Shown here: in pieces, positions 59,438 to 64,000 of the stretch
Position numbering within the stretch: position 1 is the stretch's first letter
How the letters are laid out: the number at the start of each line of letters is the position of its first letter
Source of the DNA: an uncultured archaeon
Lineage (GTDB): Archaea; Aenigmatarchaeota; Aenigmatarchaeia; QMZP01; JACQNV01
Direction of reading: 5' to 3'
Assembly (NCBI GenBank): GCA_964410585.1
Contig: CAYPFW010000001.1
Location: 288,001 to 352,000 of the forward strand
DNA: 64,000 bases
Position numbers and translations under genes: made by a program
The notes under the pieces: model-generated
What the model saw: only the letters and a program-made list of their open reading frames with translations
Told to the model about the DNA's origin: nothing
Database searches by the model: none

Positions 59438-59530
59438 TCAGCATCTCACCAAATGCTAAAGATGCTGAGATGTCTCGTGTCTACGAGACACGACTCTAAA
59501 TCCACAAATAATTCGTTTTGTGGATTTAGA
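59438..59530. repeat. R5 hairpin module plus further hairpins after a stop codon
   Basis: TCAGCATCTCACCAAATGCTAAAGATGCTGAGATGTCTCGTGTC is nearly the reverse complement of 22856-22898. Confidence 0.85.
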
Positions 59531-60076
59531 TTAAACATCTTGTTCGTAAAGTTCAGCCGGTTGAGCAGGTTCGGACACACCAAAAAACCGCCTAAATCCA
59601 TCCCTAACAATTCCATAGGGAATTCCAGCTGGACAAACATAAACAGCGAACCTTTTTGTTGTCTTCCATGCTTCGCTCAAATCTATATCTGCACCAGGCT
59701 TTGCAAGCTGATACGCAAAAGATATCCCAAACTGAACCAAACCATAAGCAACTGTTCCAAAAGTTTCTGTGGCAATTGCATCTGCAGCTAATTTTCTGGC
59801 TCCTTCTGTTTTCTCAGGGTCTAGTTTTCCTCTCATCCAATCCATGTATCTGTTAAGGTATTTGTATGTTGCTATGTTCAACACAGTACCCACAGATCTT
59901 TTTAATAAAACTTCATCCCAATCGTTTCCTGCTAGAACTTCATTTGTTCCATTGACAATGTGGAAAAACAGCAAACTGGAGGCCATATCAACCCTATCTT
60001 TGTAAGCAGTAATTTGGCTCCATCTTTGATAGGTCTCAGAACCAACTACTCTTTCAATATAAGGTTTTTGTGTCAT
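59531..60076 (-). CDS. AlaE-like membrane protein
   Basis: Pattern D..S.L.F...E...G.....R....N and ADA.A...F...Y...PYG..RD..RR.FGV resembles the AlaE exporter family. Confidence 0.55.
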   Translation of the reverse strand: MTQKPYIERVVGSETYQRWSQITAYKDRVDMASSLLFFHIVNGTNEVLAGNDWDEVLLKRSVGTVLNIATYKYLNRYMDWMRGKLDPEKTEGARKLAADAIATETFGTVAYGLVQFGISFAYQLAKPGADIDLSEAWKTTKRFAVYVCPAGIPYGIVRDGFRRFFGVSEPAQPAELYEQDV

Positions 60077-61809
60077 ACAACAACATCTTTTTCATCCACC
60101 ATTTTCCCAAATTCTGCTCTAAGTTTTAAATTGCCTTTTACATTTGTTCTGATAAAACAATAGAATTTTGTTTTGTCGAGTTCGCACTGCAAAATTTCTG
60201 ATTGTCCAGACGCGCTCAAAGTGACGTTTGCGGGTATTGGCAAATCTCCAGACTTTGTTTCACCAACCACAACAACATCATCTGGGTAAATGAAATACCT
60301 ATAATTTCCAACCTCGAACTCTGTTTGTTGGTTTTTGATAACTTCCACGTTTTCTATACTTATTTCTTTCATCCAATTTGGCACAATCTCTTCCACATTT
60401 TTATCAATAACATCGACGATGTTATCTTTATCATAATCTCTCCAACCCATTTCAGCTGCACAACCACCTAAAACTCTGTCGTTTAGATTTCTTCCAACAT
60501 TTATGCCAAGCAGATCACCAGATATCCATTGTGATGCAACAAGCAAGTTGTTGTTCCATCTACTGTTTCCCAAATGTTGGAATCCATATACGTCTTCGCA
60601 TCCAAAACCATGTGCTAGCTCATGTGCTATACTTACATCATCAAAGTTGTTTGCACTCAGTGCTATGAACCCACCAAAGTAATACAATCCTCCTGTGAAT
60701 CCACCAAGCTCTGTTGTTTCAAGTTCAGGAAGAACAGCTAAAATAAAATCTGCGTTTGGGAACTTTTGTTCCAGTTGTCTCTTTAGGTCAGTCTCATCCC
60801 TATAACTTACATCCAAATGTCCCCTAAATTCGAAGTTTAGGTTCATCATATCTTTTGATAAAAGCCTTGCAGATTCCCTATCATACCATTCTGAGACTTT
60901 TCTTCCTAAAGACAAATAGTATGTTTCATTGTACCTGTATTCTGGTTTCAAATTTACAGTCACAAAAACAGCTGTTTTATTTCCTAGAGCTAGGACATCT
61001 CTTTCCCTTATATTTTTGATCAAATTGTCAATGCACGTCTTCCCTATCACACATTCTCCTTGAGGATAAAAAACATCATTGTAGCACACACCTTCATAGT
61101 TCCAAAATTTGTTTCCGCATTTTTTTGCTGTTTTTGGATCATAAACATAAGCAGACCAGAAAACATCGTCTTCTGAACCAAAATTAATATTAATTGTCGA
61201 TTTTTCCAAATCAAAGTTTGTAGAATCGCTTACATCTGTTCCCTTTACTTGAACTAAAACTTCTTTCCTCTCACCAGGTTTTAGGTTTAGAGAAATATTT
61301 TTTAAAACATTTCCAGAATTATAAACCTCCAAGCCATACAAAGAAACCTCTGGGTTTAGTAGAAGATCTTTTTTCCCATTGTTTACAAAAACAATTTTTC
61401 CTCCTATCAGTTTATCTTTTTCCAAAAATTTTGGAATTTCAAATAGGACAGATAAAGATAGTCCTGAAATCGATTTTTCACAAAGTCCGGGAACTGCGCA
61501 TAAGAAGCCTTCTTTTTTGCAGTCGTTTTCTTCAGCGCAGTTGAATTGACCAAATTCTTGCGTTCTTGGTTGAACCAAAATATCGTTTTTACATGTTGTG
61601 CCTTTTGGCAAATTGGAATACAACAAGCCACCACAAACAACATCTACTGTATCTAATTTTCCTATTCTTTCGTCTACATCCGGGAAAAAAGGCTCTATTG
61701 TTTGGTTTTGAACAACAAAACCTGTCAAGTCTGCATTGTTGTAAACATACAAACTAGCCAAAGCTACCAAAACTAAGGTTAAAATGTACAGGATTTTTAA
61801 CTCTCTCAT
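60073..61809 (-). CDS. Membrane-anchored zinc metallopeptidase-like protein, paralog of 57277-59370
   Basis: N-terminal TM + LTGFVV; AHELAHGFGCEDVY; CAAEMGWRDYDKDNIVD. Confidence 0.8.
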   Translation of the reverse strand: MRELKILYILTLVLVALASLYVYNNADLTGFVVQNQTIEPFFPDVDERIGKLDTVDVVCGGLLYSNLPKGTTCKNDILVQPRTQEFGQFNCAEENDCKKEGFLCAVPGLCEKSISGLSLSVLFEIPKFLEKDKLIGGKIVFVNNGKKDLLLNPEVSLYGLEVYNSGNVLKNISLNLKPGERKEVLVQVKGTDVSDSTNFDLEKSTININFGSEDDVFWSAYVYDPKTAKKCGNKFWNYEGVCYNDVFYPQGECVIGKTCIDNLIKNIRERDVLALGNKTAVFVTVNLKPEYRYNETYYLSLGRKVSEWYDRESARLLSKDMMNLNFEFRGHLDVSYRDETDLKRQLEQKFPNADFILAVLPELETTELGGFTGGLYYFGGFIALSANNFDDVSIAHELAHGFGCEDVYGFQHLGNSRWNNNLLVASQWISGDLLGINVGRNLNDRVLGGCAAEMGWRDYDKDNIVDVIDKNVEEIVPNWMKEISIENVEVIKNQQTEFEVGNYRYFIYPDDVVVVGETKSGDLPIPANVTLSASGQSEILQCELDKTKFYCFIRTNVKGNLKLRAEFGKMVDEKDVVV

Positions 61810-61842
61810 AGGAAACCTACGGTTTCTCTAACCTTCCCTTTA
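61808..61842 (-). repeat. R4 hairpin module abutting a start codon
   Basis: GGAAGGTTAGAGAAACCGTAGGTTTCCT-ATG; compare GGAGGGTTAGAGGAACC...GGTTCCCTA at 22736-22780. Confidence 0.65.
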
Positions 61843-61909
61843 TTTTACATCTACTCATTATATTATACACATATGCCTTTATAAAGTAGTTATTTATAAG
61901 TAGTTACAT

Positions 61910-62398
61910 ATGGAACAGGATCAAATAGAAGAAAGAATATTTCAGATACGTCTCTTTAGTCCTAGAGAAAACTATGTTAGATATCCAGGATTTACAGTAG
62001 CTAGGGGAAATATGTACAGTCCTGGATATAGAGATTGCTGTGGTGCTGTCCTGCTAGGTCCTAGTGCGAGCGCAATAACACACTACGACTGGATGAATGG
62101 TTTCAATAGCACCCCACCAGAAGTCTATATTCCAAGGGTGCTAGAAGAATTATCCAAACTAACTGACCTAAGACTAAAAGCAGCAGCCATAGGAGGCAAC
62201 AGAAAACATTTTAACCGTTTAATAGAAATTCTAGAAAAAGAAAAAATACCAGTAGTGGGTACATATTGTGATGGTTGGGGATCATTTGGAGAAAATGGTG
62301 AAGAAAACGAATTAAGCGAAAAAACAATTGCTCTCGACGCAGAAAATAATTACGTTTTTCTTGCAAGACAAGGACTAAGCAACATTCAACTTTTGTAG
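61910..62398 (+). CDS. Hypothetical protein, possibly CheD/YfiH-like deamidase fold
   Basis: GYRDCCGAVL...AITH; AAIGG. Confidence 0.6.
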   Translation: MEQDQIEERIFQIRLFSPRENYVRYPGFTVARGNMYSPGYRDCCGAVLLGPSASAITHYDWMNGFNSTPPEVYIPRVLEELSKLTDLRLKAAAIGGNRKHFNRLIEILEKEKIPVVGTYCDGWGSFGENGEENELSEKTIALDAENNYVFLARQGLSNIQLL

Positions 62399-62400
62399 TT

Positions 62401-64000
62401 TTATTCCTCGGACTCTTCCTCTTTTCCAGTTATTCCTTTTCTTGTTCTGATTTTTGCGACAACGTCTGCTTCTATGCTTTTTGGAACAGGCTCATAGACG
62501 ATGTCAACCATCCAGAAAAATCCTCTTCCGCTTGTTGATGATTTTAAAGAAGAATTAAAACCAAACATTTCTGCAACTGGGATTTTTGCTTTCAAAATTG
62601 TTGCGCCTCTTTCATCTTTCATGTCAATTACTTGTCCTCTTCTGTTTTGAACCTCTTTCAATGCGCCTCCAATTTGTTCAGTTGGTACGTCGATTCTGAC
62701 AATCTGTTTAGGCTCCATGATAAATGCTGCGCCTTTAACCATTGCATCTCTACATCCTGCTCTTATAGGTGGAATAACCTGCGCAGGCCCTCTGTGAATA
62801 GCATCCTCGTGCAAAGCTGCATCCACCAAACTTATTTTCACACCAGTGCAAGGCTCCCTTGCCAATGGACCCTCCTTCATTGCTTCTGTGAAAGCTTCCT
62901 TAACCATTTCCATGATTTCCAAAATAGCTGACACTCCTGTTGTTGCATCAACTAAAATATTTTTATTGAAAATAATTTTGATGCTTTTTGCCTCGTCTCT
63001 GTTCATTCCATTAGCTACCAAAGTTTCAACAAGCTCTTGGTCTTTTCTTTTGATTTCTACATCCTTTATTTTCCCTTCAACCATTGCTTGGTGAATTTGT
63101 TGGCCAACAGGAGATGCAATCATGTAGAACCTATTGTGCTTGTTTGGTGACTTTGCTTCAACTGCTTGAGGACTTGTGCTTGCAACAGACTCGTGGTAAA
63201 TCACTATAGGCGGCGATACTTCAACGTCTATTCCTGCATCCTTCAAAGGCCTTTCTATCTTAGCATCTATGTGAAGTTCTCCTAATCCAGAAACTAAATA
63301 TTCTCCTGTCTCCTCGTTTATATTAACCCTCAAAGTTGGGTCTTCTCTCGAGACTTTCCTCAAAATTTGGATGAATTTTTCCAAGTCTTTTGGTTTTTTA
63401 GGCTCAATTGATTTTGTGACAACTGGCTCGAACAAATGTTGGATAGCTTCGAAACCTGGAATTGGTGAATCAGGATCACAAAGTGTCTCACCTGAATAAG
63501 CATCTGTCAAACCAACAATACCAACAATGTTTCCTGCTTTTACTTCCTCCATCGGTATCCTTTGGTTTCCCTTGTAAACAGCTACTTGCTGTACTTTCTG
63601 CTTTTTGCTTTGGCCAACTAACCAAACTTCTTGGCCAACTTTAACCGAACCTGAAAATATCCTAACAGTCGCAACAAAACCAGCATGAGGATCTGTATAA
63701 ATTTTTGTGACAACGCCAACAAGCTTTCCTTTTGGATCTGCATTCATCATTGTTTTTCCAACTTCTGATTCGACTTCACCTGACCAAATTTTTGGTATCC
63801 TGTATTTTTGAGCATCCAAAGGATTTGGCAAGTGTTTGACAACCATGTCCAAAATAGATTCGTGCAAAGGCGCTTTTTCAGCAAGCTCTTTGACCCTTCC
63901 TTCTTCTATGAATTTTTTAACATCGCCAAAAGTAATATTTTTCTTCTGCATCATTGTTATTGAAATTCCCCATCTTTGTTTTGCAGAACCAAAAGCAACA
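62401..64000 (-). CDS. fusA: Elongation factor EF-2 (5' part outside the window)
   Basis: SGLGELH, KSPNKHNRF, HEDAIHRGPAQ diphthamide loop; frame stays open upstream of 63954. Confidence 0.97.
   Translation of the reverse strand, partial: VAFGSAKQRWGISITMMQKKNITFGDVKKFIEEGRVKELAEKAPLHESILDMVVKHLPNPLDAQKYRIPKIWSGEVESEVGKTMMNADPKGKLVGVVTKIYTDPHAGFVATVRIFSGSVKVGQEVWLVGQSKKQKVQQVAVYKGNQRIPMEEVKAGNIVGIVGLTDAYSGETLCDPDSPIPGFEAIQHLFEPVVTKSIEPKKPKDLEKFIQILRKVSREDPTLRVNINEETGEYLVSGLGELHIDAKIERPLKDAGIDVEVSPPIVIYHESVASTSPQAVEAKSPNKHNRFYMIASPVGQQIHQAMVEGKIKDVEIKRKDQELVETLVANGMNRDEAKSIKIIFNKNILVDATTGVSAILEIMEMVKEAFTEAMKEGPLAREPCTGVKISLVDAALHEDAIHRGPAQVIPPIRAGCRDAMVKGAAFIMEPKQIVRIDVPTEQIGGALKEVQNRRGQVIDMKDERGATILKAKIPVAEMFGFNSSLKSSTSGRGFFWMVDIVYEPVPKSIEADVVAKIRTRKGITGKEEESEE

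Overview
Archaeal chromosome window, most likely a DPANN lineage (inferred from the split RNA polymerase operon rpoH-B''-B'-A'-A'', aRF1, EF-2, Hel308, ScpAB and a three-unit epsilon2-type tRNA splicing endonuclease). The first 10.1 kb is a single giant minus-strand surface protein gene (>3370 aa, runs off the left edge, missed by the ORF track). It has three LamG-like domains and an apparently exact 1886-bp internal repeat at a 3450-bp period. The main signal is at RNA level. Three tRNA genes carry five bulge-helix-bulge (BHB) introns, three of them at non-canonical positions (21/22, 44/45, 59/60). The 5S rRNA gene is interrupted by a 62-nt insertion bounded by a textbook BHB. A family of modular, nested, covarying hairpin repeats occupies many intergenic gaps, often butting directly against start or stop codons. 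The same repeat modules make up both tRNA-Thr introns and share short motifs with the 5S and tRNA-Lys introns, which suggests a mobile structured element linked to BHB intron gain. Other oddities: an aRF1 with GGW in place of the GGQ motif, a receiver-domain gene broken at a G8 tract next to an HPr-like gene, and a cluster of divergent PRTase-like/REC/HAD/methyltransferase genes. All calls are by eye; no searches or folding computations were run.
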